Shown piece by piece: positions 12,610 through 25,320 of a stretch of 64,000 bases of DNA. The stretch's first letter is position 1. The number at the start of each line of letters is the position of its first letter. The translations under genes and the position numbers were made by a program. A model generated the notes under the pieces. The model searched no databases. It saw only the letters and a program-made list of their open reading frames with translations, and was not told where the DNA came from. Origin of the DNA: Antechinus flavipes (lineage: Eukaryota); contig NC_067398.1 in NCBI RefSeq assembly GCF_016432865.1, forward strand, positions 432,388,001-432,452,000, written 5' to 3'.

Positions 12610-12795
12610 TGCAATAACACTGTGGTACAGAAAGGCTGTTTGATTTTGGTTCAGATCCTGGCTCTGCTGTTTATAACCTGTGTGACCTTAAGCAAATCAC
12701 TTAATCACTCTGGGCCTCAGTTTTTTCATCTAGAAATTAAGAGGTTGGGATAGATGACCCATAAAGTCTCTTTCAGATCTAAATCTGTGATCCTG
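12610..12795 (+). mobile_element. MIR CORE-SINE
   Basis: Core tgtgtgaccttaagcaaatcacttaatcactctgggcctcagttttttcatct. Confidence 0.75.
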
Positions 12796-13244
12796 CTTTG
12801 CTTAGTGAAAGGAATAGAAAAAGATAAGGTCATTGAATGACCCATAATAAGTAGGACTCACTCTAGAGGATATAAGGAAGAGTGACCTTGCTTAAGACTA
12901 TTTGTCAGACCTAATCTTTTTAAGTTTTGTCCCAAATCGATTAATGCCCCCTCGATTTGATCTCTGTTGGAAGCTTCAATCTCCTTTTTCCTCCATGTGA
13001 ATAAGGAAACTTGAAACCTTGCCTGTTCCCACTTTGTATATCAAAGAAGTTAATTGGTTGCCTTAATTTCTCTCAATTTCTTTCTTGCAATTGATCTATT
13101 ATACATATAATTACTTGTCCATTTGAGGGCTTCTATTGTAAACATTGAGTTGTAGACGACATGCCTATCAATATTCTGATGGGATAACAAATATATTAAT
13201 TAGCTAGCAGAATCAAAAATAAATGATGGACTGGTTAGAACTTG

Positions 13245-13500
13245 ATGGTGCAGTGGAGAGAGCACTGAGTTTAGAGGCAGGAAGACCCAAATTCAAATTC
13301 AACCTCAGACTGAACTATGTCAACCTTCTGATCAGTCTAATTAAGACATACATTTAAGACTAGTTCAATGACCTTATTTTTCTCAGTTTCCTCACCTATC
13401 TCAAAGGGCTGTTGTGAGGAACAAATCAAATAATATTTGTAAAGTGCTTAGCACAATGCCTGATAAACAGTAGGAAATATTTAAATGATAACTATTGTTG
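13245..13500 (+). mobile_element. MIR CORE-SINE
   Basis: tRNA-like head ggtgcagtggagagagcactg...ttcaaattc; tail gttgtgaggaacaaatc...gtaaagtgcttagcacaatgcctg. Confidence 0.75.
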
Positions 13501-16500
13501 TTGCTACTATTATTATCTACTGATTAATAAGTATGCAATCTAGGTATTCTGATTTCATCAGTAAAATTTGATAAAAAAACAAAAAAAAGATAAACAAAAA
13601 ACAAATGAAGTATTTTGACCCTTAAATTGGTAGATATTTTGTAAAAGGGATTCCTTCTTAAATATCACTAGACTAAAATAACTCTGAGATTTTATGGTCC
13701 TCTTTCCCATGATCAAACTACTCTTGGGTTCAGACAGTAAGTCAGAACTCACACTATTGCTCCACTAACCTTATCTCAATGACCCAAGACAAGAACATTT
13801 CAGCTAACTACTTCTCCTATCTGTTGTGAGGTAATAAAGCATCCAGTAGGGAAGAGAGCCTAAAGTGCCAGTTTCCAATAGTCACTCCTCATCCTATTCC
13901 AGTGGTAAAGAAAATAGGCTCTAAAATGAGGGTGCATCAGCTTGGACTATGATTGCATCCCCATGTCTGGAGAATAAATGACTCAGGGAACAAGTAGAAA
14001 TAGGCATGTCACCTTTGGACTACAAAGTAAGTTCACTGAAGCACACCTATTAGACTGCATGTGTCCCTGGCTTTCTGTGACACTTTAGACTTTTCATTGA
14101 CTAATATTCCTGGAGATCCAGTCAGATCAGAACAAGGTGGCATTTTTGGCTTCATTTGATAGGTGTGAACACTGTAGTGATAATGCTTATCTAGGTAATA
14201 CCTCCAGAATCAAAGAAGACTTTAATCCCAAGGACTTCTTTACCTTTTTATTGGACAATAGACTGCCCAGGGGAAAAGAAAATATATTCTTTAAACTTTC
14301 TATAGTTCCCTGGTCCTAATTCTTTTCAGTGTAGGGGCTAGGTGAATATTGTTGAATGAATAAATCAATCAATTAATCTCTGAGTAAAGAATTTAGGATA
14401 ATATACCTTTGTATAAGTGGATGCTTCTACTGATAATAAAAGCAAGTTGTCCAAAGTGTTATCTTCACTGCAAGTTCAAACTTAAGGATTTGTGGCTTAA
14501 AAATGATTTACTTTTATTGTATTCAGAGTACCTCACTTAGATCTGCTCCCTCCAACTTGAAAGATACAACTTGGGACCCAGATTGCACTCATCTTTATCT
14601 TTAAACATGTTGATCTCCTGGTCCCACTAATAGCAGGTAGCATTTAGTTTATTATATTTGTTATTACCTGCATATTCTTGTTTGTTTGTTTTTTTTTTTT
14701 AATTAGACTAGCTATAACTCCTAGGACCTACCTATTCATTGATGAATACAACATTTTCAATTATCTAGTTCCTAATATCTTTCTTCCAGTTTTCTGGGAG
14801 GAGAAATATGATAACTGATAAAGGTTTGCTGGACATCTCACTGATAGAGCTGTCATTGGTTATCTAGATAAGAGGAGAGGAATGGATTTCATTTCCTTTT
14901 TGGTTTCCCCTAGTTTTACATCTGCAGCTGATATTTTTTATAGAGCATAAATACAAAAAAGAATCTAAATCACATAGATGGCACAAGGAAGAAGTCAGTG
15001 AAATTGTCTCAAAAGTTTCAGTGGGAAGTTTCTGAAATGACTAAGTCATTATGTTAACAATGGAGCAAGTACCATTTGGGAACAAGTAGGGGACCAGGGA
15101 AGGTGAAGGAGAGGTGCTTTCACAATCTGACCAAGAAGGGATAAAATGGGGAGGCACTAAATGGGAAATATGAAAAAGACACCAATATGCTCAAAACTTT
15201 GGCTGCCCATGGAAACTCACAAAATTTGATAACTGCTCAATGACAGAACTATCAAGTTGGAAGAGGCCTTGAAAAATATTCAGTCTAATCCTTAACCAAA
15301 AATTTAACTCCCCTTTAAAAACAGACATCAAGACTTTGCTTGAATACCACCAATAATAGGGAATTCACTGCATTACAACACTGACCATTTCCCTTTTGGA
15401 CTTTTCTAATTGTTAGGAAATTCTTCTACTATTGAATTGAAATCTGCTTTTATATAATTTTTATATATTGGCCTTTGCACTGCGGTATAAAGTAGTGGAA
15501 AAAAGCCTTAACTTGAAGTCTGAAAACCTGTATTTAATTCTGCCTCTTCCTCTTAGTAGTTGGGGGGGAGAAAAGGGGGGAGGGATTTAAATTCAATGAG
15601 CATTTTCATAAGTTGACAGTGAATTAATTTAACACTTTGTGTCTGTAAAATGCATATTTTTCTAAGAAACATAAAACCCTAGGTAAACTTTTTCACTGAT
15701 AGAATCTTCAAAAGGTCAATGGGAAGGAATATTTTCTTTCCACCAATCCATTCAATTCTGGAGTTTGAATATAGAAAAACTGAATTTTATTAAATTGTAT
15801 TATTTACAGCAGAGTTTTGGCTTAAGAAGGGATAGTGATACTTTCCCTGGTAATAGAGCTCCAATAATAGGAGCCACTTGTTTTCCTGATGTGAAAATAA
15901 CCCCTTGTTACTTAAAAACAATTGGAAGAATACTAGGACTCATACCTGGGATAGATGAATAAATATACTAAGCCAGTGATCCACTGAAATGCAGGTCAGT
16001 TAGGCTTATTGCCTCATTTTAAATTTTATGAAATAGAGCTAAGCCCACAAAGGGGTGATTCATTTCACTTTCAGAAAGTCTGTTTTACACCCATCAGTCT
16101 GAGGAAACTGAGATGGCGATAAAAAAGCATCTGCTAGAGAGGGTTGTGAATTCATTTTCTCACTTGGCTATAGAATGGCCTTTGCTGACACATATTATAC
16201 TTGGCAGTCATGAGTCACAAAAGCCTGAGATTAAAATGAATAATAACTGAATTGGAAATATTGTCTTACTCACTTCAGAAAATACTGCAGCAGACCTTTG
16301 TAAGGACTCAAGTGCATTTCAAAGGAATCTATCTAGGGGTGCATCGTTCATGTTGTACTTGGAAACTGATTGTTTTCCCTGTATCATGTATTTAAAGAAC
16401 TTATTCTGTCCCTTTGCAGTGAAGGTAGAGCTCAAAAAAGCAACCAACAGAAGGGAAAACTGAATGTCTCTAATAATTATGAATTACCAGATGAGCTTCA

Positions 16501-16504
16501 GCAT

Positions 16505-16747
16505 TATTAGTAAGTCGTTTCAGTCATGTCTCATTCTTTGTGACTCCATTTGGAGTTTTCTTGGGAAAGGTTTGGAATGGTTTGTCATTTCCTTCTTCAG
16601 CTCATTTTGCAGATGGGAAACTGAGGAAAACAGGGTTAGATGATTTTTTGGAGTCACATGGAAAATAAGTATCTGAAGATGAATTTAAATTCAGATCTTC
16701 TTGATTCTAGGACTAGTATACTATCTACTGTACCACCTATGTGCCCC
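16505..16747 (-). mobile_element. Mar1-type SINE
   Basis: Antisense RTE-derived tail tttcagtcatgtc..ttcttcagctcattttgcagatgggaaactgagg, followed by core and head. Confidence 0.8.
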
Positions 16748-19700
16748 AATTATTATTATATTATTAATTTTATTTAATCAAAAATTAATTCCTTTATTAA
16801 TTTTAGATATGTATCATATAAATACAATATAAATATATATTAAATGTGATATAATTATATCATAGTTTACATTTATTTTGTACTTTATGCATATCTGATC
16901 CTTACAACTCCATAAAATAAGAAAAATATATAAGTATTTTCTTTTTATACATTGGGGAGACTGAGGATCAGACAAATTAAGTGATTTGCCTAAGATTACA
17001 TAGCTACAACAGTAGCAGAATCAAGCCTTGAATCCTAGAGGAATGTTCTCATGGAAAGGCAATTGAGTCACAGGGTAAATTTGTTTTGTTTTTAATTAGG
17101 GAGTTAAAGGGAGAAGTACATGTAATACCAACAAAAGGGAAACTCATTGAAACATTCTTAATAATGCCCAGAAGAGAAGGAAGGCCAGAAGGAAATAGCA
17201 GGATAGCTTTGAAAAGAAGATGTGGAATTTATTATATACTTATGTTTGGAAGGGAGACTCACAGTTATACAGTCCTTTTGTTGTTGTTGTAGTTGTTGTT
17301 CTATTCTGCATATGGAAATGGACTATTTTTTATATTTAGTTTAAAATTTAAAAAAGAAAAAGCTAACTGGCTGTGGAGTCAAAGTCAAAGGTATTTAATA
17401 GGAGTTTAATACCTCTGAAACTTACTGTGTGTGATGGTAATCCAATTGCTTAAATCCCCTGGGTCTCAGTTTGCTCATCTGTAAAATGGAGGGGGTTGGA
17501 CTAAATGATCTCTGAGGTTCCTTCTAGATCCAAATCTATCATCCTATGGCTTCAAGTACACAGCTCTCTCTACATTACATCACATCACCATTTCAACTGC
17601 ATTTGATATATTGCCTCAAGCCTGCTATAGCCCCCAAATGTTCTAATCCATGGATTTCCAGTGATGTATGGAGAATTCATTAAATAACAATAGTGTATTT
17701 CAAATTTTCATTATTGAATTGATATCATTATAGTATTGACATTGTAACACACAGATGTTAAGCCAAGAATAAAGATGAATGGAATATTGAAAGTAGTTTT
17801 TATGCTAAAACTCCAAAGGATCCAGTAAATGGATCTTTTAAACTACATTTCTGGCAATCCTTTCCATGGTGGCAAGAATGGTGTCATACTCTTGAAAAAA
17901 TAGCTAGTCTTATATTATAATTATAAGGCATATTTCAGAAGTACATTCAGAAAACCAGGGGACAAAGTTTCTTTAACAGATAAAAACTTCCACAGTGAAT
18001 TATTTGTGAGACAAGTAGAACTTTTAACAAAATTGTGGTTAAATTTTGTAATTTTTAATTATATTAATTTTAAATTAAATTAATTTTGTAATTGTAATTT
18101 TTTTCCTATGAAAGTAACCAAGTTAAATTCAATAAACACTTGTTACACACTTGTCATGTATAATACACTTAGGTATGGAAAAAGCAAAAAATAATTAAAA
18201 AATAGATTCTGCCCACAAGGAGCTTACATTCTATTATAGGTGGGGGAAGTTGTAATACTTATGTGCATTAATTTAATACAAAATATGTTGAGGAAGGAAA
18301 GTTTCTAGAGGCAACTTTTAAAAAGCTCTCTCTGGGAGGTCAAACATGAGATAAATCTCCAAAAAGAAAAGAAAAAAACTAAGAATTCTGAGAGATGAAG
18401 ATGGACATCTTTCTTTGACCATCATCTCCCCACATATATTATTTTTTCCTATTATCTTGAGGTGAGGGACTGTGTCAAATTTTGTATTTGTATCCCTAAG
18501 TGCTGAACAGAGTAATTGGAATGAAGTAAACACCTGACAAATATTTTTTTTCATTCTTTATTTGTTTAACTACTTGAGAGTATAAAATCTGAAAAAGAAA
18601 TAAACTGCAGCTTAAAATATCAGCATTCAATTTCAGACTTAGAAAGGAATTAGTAGCTTACTAGTTTTAAAAGTTAAAAAATAGAGATCATTTGAAAAAT
18701 ATCTTTTTGTTTGATCATTACTTTTATATTTAACAGGTACTCAATCATTTACACTAAAGAGCTATCCAGTTAAGAATACTTCATTTTTCTCCATTATTCA
18801 TAAATAGTCTTTATTACAGAAAAATATTTTTTCTTGGCATCTAAATTCAGGATATAGAAATAATCAGTGGTTTCAATTTAGGGTCTTAATTTTTGAGGGA
18901 GAGAATTATAATCTTTAAACTTTAGCCTCCTATTAATGGAATATTTTTTAGAGTACAAATCTTTGAAGAAAATAGATTCTTGATTTTATGAAATATATTA
19001 GTTTACATATTATGTAAAAGATTCTGTTGGTCAATTATACTGGGTACTTTTTCCATTAAATAATTTTCTATATTGACTAGTTTTAGCCTGTGAACAGTTT
19101 TAAATGGAAAAAATGTTAAGCAATTACAAACAAAAAAAATCGAACAGAATTAATCACAGAATCTTATATTTGCTTATATGTTACAGTGAACTGTGCTTTG
19201 CTATGAGAAGAGATTTGGAACTGATTGAACAAAGCAGAATTCCTTAATATTTAAAGATCTGAAGATTATAGTAGTTCTCTGGCTTTTCATTGAAAGAGTG
19301 CTAACACTTTTCCCCAGTCTCCTATTAAAGTATTGATGCTGAGAGTGAAATGAGCTTGTGGAAGTCTAGACATAAGCTGCATTTAGAAATTGTCCATCTT
19401 TGGGAAGGGGGACAACTTAACCAAAAAGAAAAAAAATGATCCTTTTGAGTCAGTACTCTTAATATTAGAATCCATCTTTGTGAATCTAGAGATTGGGGTT
19501 GAGAGAGGACAAAGATGGCTCTATTATTTCTACCTTTCTATTGTTGCTTGGATTTTTATCTGTGTATGAGTAGAATTCAGTCTATCCAGTTATATGAGAT
19601 TTTTTTTCTTATGTAAACTTTTTTCATCTCGGGATAATTTGATCTTCAGACCTATTGATTATTTCTAATTCAGATACATTTCATATATTTTTGTTATCAG

Positions 19701-20074
19701 AAGAATAGTTTCTATGGAAACAGCTTTCATGCGTTACTTCTCAACACATCTCTTTTCTGATTATTTTGGTATCTCTGTGATGCTCTGATCTTTATAAAGT
19801 TCTTCATGAACTGATGAACTCATATCAGAATTGCTATCCTATGATTCCGAATGCTGCTTGAGAAGTCTAAAAAAGTGTTAGGTCAAGCTAGGAAAGTTCC
19901 TAATAAGTCAACATTGTGTGGGCTTAGGGGAAAGGAAGCCCACTTAATGCTTTTGCAAATGGAAAATAATGCTACTAGGTATTGCCTCATATTTCACATT
20001 CCCCACAGAGAAGAACTCAATTTTGAAATAAGAATAGAAAACTTCAAACTTTTTATTTTTACTTTAATGATTAA

Positions 20075-20275
20075 TTGGAGAGTGTCCAGAGGAAAAAAAA
20101 TAGGGTGCTGAAGGATCTTGTGTTCATGTCATATGGAGAGGTTTAGCCTGGAGAAAAGATGACCTGAAGGCAACACATAAACTGATTTCACCAATTTAAA
20201 GCATTATTACCTGGAAGAGGGCAAATATGTATTTTAGACTCTAGACAGCTGAACTAGAAATACAAATTAGAAATG
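20075..20275 (+). mobile_element. CR1/L3 3' fragment
   Basis: ggagagtgtccagagg...gtttagcctggagaaaagatgacctgaagg resembles the L3 RT C-terminus. Confidence 0.6.
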
Positions 20276-20514
20276 TCAAAAAATTCACTTCCTCTGTTTG
20301 TCATTGGACAAACTGTTGTCTCTTCTCATCTGAGGTCCTCGGCTCCTCTGTCACATTGATTTCTTTGTTCTGACTTGTTTATTTGCTGAGTCTCCACCAT
20401 TATGTGTTTCTGCTGGGATATTCTCTTTTACCATGCTGTGGTCTTTCACTGGTTAGCTTCTCTGGATCTTCTGCTTATTTCTGCTTCACTTGATGCAACA
20501 CTGGATCTAGTCTA

Positions 20515-20650
20515 GGGATGCTTAATCTTTCCTGTGTCATAGGCCTCCTTGACAAAAGAGCACATATAAGCTCAATTAAAAATCTGATAAAACACATGGA
20601 TTTCTTCTTAGAATAATGCTTTAAAATTTATAAATTAAAACTACATAGCA
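20515..20650. mobile_element. hAT/Charlie-type MITE fragment
   Basis: cttaatctttcctgtgtcatagg...ttcttagaataatgc; same family as 7250-7634 in the opposite orientation. Confidence 0.5.
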
Positions 20651-21259
20651 TTATAAAGGAAGTCAATTCTCTCTCCTTCTTCTCCTTGCCTTCTCCCCAC
20701 CTCCAGCCTCTCTTTTTCTATTCTTTTCCCTGCTTGAAGGCTCATGTCTTCTATTTATAAGCCCACAGCTCCTTCCTAGTGCTCTTATGGCCCAATCCAT
20801 CTAAGGGTATCCTGGCCCAGTCCATCTAGGCCATCAACAAAAGGCAGAATACCATAGGCTGAGATTTAGTTTGTCCTTCAAACCCTTTTTCCTTATTATG
20901 CAGGACTCTGGCCCTAGCCCACTCACTAATTTGTGCTTAGAAAATCCTTTTATAATGTATTTGACACATGCTAGGTTACCAATGCTGCAGCTTATCAGAA
21001 TCCTTTTGGAAACTGACTGTTTAAATCTTTCCCAACTTTGTGTCACTTACATATTTGGTAAGCCTGTCACCCCTCTCTGCCTTTATCCAAGATTTTAATC
21101 CATTTAAGATCTAGAATTTAATTATTCAAACCCCACTTCCACTAATGAATTGTGGTTCTCAGAACTTGTTTATATGTTTCCTGCTGGGTTCTGGGGATCT
21201 ATTAATGAGATACAATGAGAATAGTTAATTTTAAATATACCTCTAAAATCTGTGATATA

Positions 21260-22103
21260 TTAATACATTATTGATGGAGCTATGAATTGATTCAACCATT
21301 CTGGAAAGCAATTTGGAACTATGCCCAAAGGGTTATCACAATATGCACACCCTTTGATCCAGCAGTATTTCTACTAGCTTGTATCCTAAAGAAATCATAA
21401 AGGAGAGAAAAAGACCTACATGTGCAAAAATGTTTGTGGCAGCCCTTTTTGTAGTGGCTAGAAACTGGGAAGTGAGTGGATGTCCATCAGTTGGAGAACG
21501 GCTGTGTAAATTATAATATATGAATGTTATGGAATATTATTGTTCTATAAGAAATGATCAACAGGATGATTTCAGAGAGGTCTGGAGAGAAAAAAAATAA
21601 GCTTTTTTTCTAAGAGAGAGGCCTTAGAATAGATGCTAAGTGAAATGAGCAGAACCAGGAAATCATTACATCTAGCTACAGCAAGATTATATGATGATTA
21701 ATTCTGATGGATATGGTTCTTCTCCACAGTGGGATAATTCAGGCCAGTTTCAATGATCCTATGATGAAGAGAGCCATCTACACCCAGAGAGAGAATAGTG
21801 GGAATTGAGTGTGCACCACAACATAGTATTTTCACTTTTTTATTGTTGTTTGTATACATTTTGTTTTCTTTCTCATTTTTTACCTTTTTGCTCTGATATT
21901 TCTTGTGCAGCACGATAATTGTGGAAATATGTATAGAAGAATTGTACATGTTTAACATATATTGAATTACTTGCCATCTAGGAAAGGAGGGAAGGGGAAA
22001 GAAGGGAAAAAATTTGGAACACAAGTTTTTTGCAAGGGTGAATACTGAAAATTATCCATGCATATGTTTTGAAAATAAAGAGCTTTAACAACAACAACAA
22101 AAA
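21260..22103 (+). mobile_element. 5'-truncated L1: ORF2 C-terminus, 3'UTR and tail
   Basis: Translates LYPKEIIKERKRPTCAKMFVAALFVVARNW..GCPSVGE..YMNVMEYYCSIRND (ORF2p C-terminus, with a stop and a frameshift); perfect 16 bp TSD taaaatctgtgatata (21244-21259, 22104-22119). Confidence 0.95.
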
Positions 22104-23489
22104 TAAAATCTGTGATATAATTGTCCTTAAATTCATATTGAGTTAAGGCAAAAGTAGATTTGAGTTTACAGAGCACATGAAGGAACTCTCAACTCCTGAC
22201 TGCTGAAAGTCCTTTTCTCCTATTTGTAAGATGTATAATAATTTCACCATTAGCATGGTGAATTGGTATCCATCTATACTTGGCTTCCAAAGCAGACAAT
22301 GTCATCATCTAATTTGATCCATGGATTTGATTAAGGACACTGATGGAAAGATGAGAGATCCAAGAGCCTCTGTGTCAGAATACATGGAAAGAAATAAGGT
22401 GTAAGAACACTGAAAAAGACTTTTGAAGGCTTTTAAAAGCCAAAAAGAGGATTTTATTCTTGATTCTAAAAGTAATATTGAGCCAAAATATTCATTTGAT
22501 AGAGTACTGAGAGGGAGAATATACCTGTACTTTAGGAAAATTACTTTTCCTAATGGAGATGGATTAGAAACTTGAGATAGGGAGACTAACAAGAAGTCTA
22601 TTGTACATGTACAGGGATGGGGGTGATAAAGGCTAAATACCAAGGTAATGACAGTGTCAGAGGAGAGAAAAGGGCATAGGAAAGATAATATGAAGATAAA
22701 ATTGACAGGATTTAGCAACTGATTAGATATAGGAGTTGAAGATTAATGAGAATTTAGAGTCGAGCATGACACCTGAATTGCAAGCTTGGGTGACTGGGAG
22801 GATGTCAGTGTCACAGACAATAAAAAATAAGTTAGGAAGAAGAAGAGACATTTTTCCCTTGTTGGAGATGAATAAAGGACATTGCTATTTGTTAATACTA
22901 TGACAATGACTTAAATTTTGGACTCGTATATATCACATCAAATTCAAGATGTCCAATGGGCATTTGAAGAGATGAGTCTGGCAATCAGGTAAGAGCTTAA
23001 GGATAGATAAACAGATCCTAAAACTGTTTACATACAGCTGATAATTGAACCATGAAAAATAACGAGATCACTAAGTGAAAAGGTGTGGAAGAAGAAGAGT
23101 TTCTAGGAGATGAGGGCTACCTTCAGCTAGTGAATCTGACCTCATTCAGCAAAAGTAACTGAAAAGTGACCAGGCAGGTAGGAAGAAAACCAGGAAAGTA
23201 GAGCCATAGAAACCTGCAGAAAGAAATATCAAGGAGAAGAAGATGAACAGTCAAAAAGACTGTAGAAAGGTCAAAAAGGATTATGTATGAGAAGAGCCTT
23301 GTAAATTTTGGAGTCAACATTTTTGGTTGAATGATGAAAACAGAAGCCAGATTGTAGAGGGGTAAGGAGGAAAGGACGTAAAAACACAAATTATGCAGTC
23401 TTTTCACAGATTTTAGCCTTGAAAGAGAGGAGAGATATGGAATAATAGCTGGCATTTGTATAAGCAATAGGGAGCAACCAGAAGACAGG

Positions 23490-23870
23490 GATATATATAA
23501 ATATATCAATAGTATTTTATTTTTCCAAATACACATAAAGATAGTTTTCAACAGTCATTTTTATAAGACTTTGTGTTTCAAATTTTTTCCCTTCCTTCAT
23601 TAACATCCTCTGTCCCTAAGACAGCAAATAGGTTAAATATAAGCAATTCTTTTAATTATTTCCATATTTGTCTTATTGTGCAAGAAAAATTAGACCAAAA
23701 GAAAAAAGACCATAAGAAATGAAAAAATAACAAGCAACAAAAAGCTGAAAATACTATGTTTCAATCTATATTTGGTCCCTATTGTTCTCTCTCTGAATGT
23801 GGATAGCATTTTCCATGTCACTTCTATGGGAATTGTCTTGAATTAACACATTGTTGAGAAGAACTAATAG
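23490..23870 (-). mobile_element. 5'-truncated L1 3' end
   Basis: aatagtattttatttttccaaatac...gaattgtcttgaattaacacattgttgagaagaact, homologous to the other antisense L1 ends in the window. Confidence 0.85.
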
Positions 23871-24306
23871 ATAAGGAGATATTGACGATTGGGAGATGAA
23901 GATGATGGAAGAAGCAATCTGAAAGAGGGAAATAATGGGAGGTCTATTAAGTATGAAAAGGTTTGGAAAAGCCACCATGATATATAAGTTGGCGAATTAA
24001 TTAGGAAGCTGTAAAAGGATTGTCTTGCTCTATTAAAGCCCAGTTGAAATTTGTAGAGGTCCCAGTCTAAATGGCTTTTTTATTTCCTTCAGCAGTTTGT
24101 GAGTAGGAACTAAAGTATTCAATGGTGGGAGTAATCCAAGGCTGAACTTTGGCAAAGCAAGAGCAATAAAATCATAGGATGGCAAGGAACTTGATAGCAG
24201 AAAACAGTGTAGAGTCGAGCTAGTAAACCAAGAGGTCAAGATAGGGAAGTTTGGGGAGTGTTAAAGTTTGGCTTAGTATTAAAATAATAAGTACATAGTG
24301 GGACAT

Positions 24307-24369
24307 TAGTATGGGAAAGGGAAACATTTTTGGGGTATGGGCCAGATAGCTTATTTAGCTGACCTTACT
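24307..24369 (-). tRNA. trnM: Mitochondrial tRNA-Met pseudogene (NUMT)
   Basis: agtaaggtcagctaaataagctatctggcccatacccc...cccatacta; CAT anticodon; shortened T-arm. Confidence 0.9.
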
Positions 24370-24433
24370 AGGTGTAATGGGAGCGCAAAGGGTTTTGAGC
24401 TCTTTGTTATGGGTTCGAGTCCTGTTGTCCTAG
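24369..24433 (+). tRNA. trnQ: Mitochondrial tRNA-Gln pseudogene (NUMT), 5' acceptor strand partly deleted
   Basis: taggtgtaat..gttttgagc (TTG anticodon)..gggttcgagtcctgttgtcctag. Confidence 0.8.
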
Positions 24434-24499
24434 AAATAAGGGGACTTGCACCCCTATTTTTTATCCTATCAAAATAATTCTTTTGTCAGACATATTTCT
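24431..24499 (-). tRNA. trnI: Mitochondrial tRNA-Ile pseudogene (NUMT)
   Basis: agaaatatgtctgacaaaagaattattttgatagg...ggggtgcaagtcccttatttcta; GAT anticodon. Confidence 0.9.
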
Positions 24500-25139
24500 A
24501 TATTTGTGGAGGAATATATGCTAGGGCAATGAGTAAGGATCAATGGCCAAAAAAAGAATAAAATGGTTGAAATATTAAAAATTACAGTGAAAATGAAGAA
24601 TAGGTTTGGATTTGCAATGAAGAGGGAGGGATAGGTAGGTAGATTGACAATATATGATGATCAGTAAAGGAATCTTATAGTTCATGATCATGAAAGTGAA
24701 ACATTAGTGGGAAATGTCAAGGTCATTTGTGTGTAGCATATGTGGGGTAGAGGTACTGGGAAGTTTATAAGCTGAAGAACAGGGAAATTAGAAGAGTGTT
24801 TGAGAGAGTGTCTATATATAAGCTGAAATATCCTGGTATGAAAATAGGAGTGGAAGAATAAAAAAAGACTGAGCTTGAAGTCCTTTAGGAAGGAAGCATA
24901 GCATCCTAGAGATTGGTACATAACAACTATCGGAATCTAGCTAGATGAACTACAGAGGCTAAAATGGAAGGAGATACATTTTTCCACCCCAATCTTAAGT
25001 CATTGAAAACCAATATTGAGTAGAAAAAGTTCAATCATAAATTGAGGAACATAATCAGAGTTTTGAGGCCAAGCTTGGAATTGAATTATTAAGAATTATT
25101 CTTTGAATTCAGTCATCCAGTCACTTCTGACTTCAATTT

Positions 25140-25320
25140 AACTGAACCCATTTTCTCCATCTTCTCCATAAACATATAAAATATTTTGTCAAAATTTTTG
25201 CTAAAATCTAGGAAATCTATAATGACATCCTTCTCACCATCTCCTAGGGTTTATTAATCCTGTCAAAAAAATAGAGTTGAAGTTAATCTGTCATTATTTG
25301 TCCTTGAAAAGCTTTATTAA
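25140..25320 (-). mobile_element. CR1/L3 reverse transcriptase fragment
   Basis: Minus strand encodes FLDFSKNFDKI, versus the CR1 motif YLDFSKAFDKV. Confidence 0.7.

Larger units (their letters stand above)
24270..24545 (-). pseudogene. NUMT: ND1 3' end, trnI, trnQ, trnM, ND2 start (reverse orientation)
   Basis: Mitochondrial I-Q-M gene order. Minus strand gives an ND1-like end (..IALAYIPPQ) at 24500-24545 and an ND2-like start ATG TCC CAC TAT GTA CTT (MSHYVL) at 24306. Confidence 0.92.
22320..24930 (-). mobile_element. Long, old L2 LINE interrupted by an L1 and a NUMT
   Basis: Purine-rich antisense L2 text (gcaactgattagatatagg; gcaagcttgggtgactgggagg); decayed endonuclease 'ILGDFN'-like region near 24820-24860. 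Confidence 0.7.

Noticed and set aside
22305-23551. The two longest ORFs (137 and 142 aa)
   Set aside because: They lie in decayed L2 sequence, are stop-poor because of base skew and show no intact domain.
24307-24499. Functional nuclear tRNA genes
   Set aside because: They have mitochondrial-type sequence and gene order, carry deletions and are flanked by ND1/ND2 remnants.
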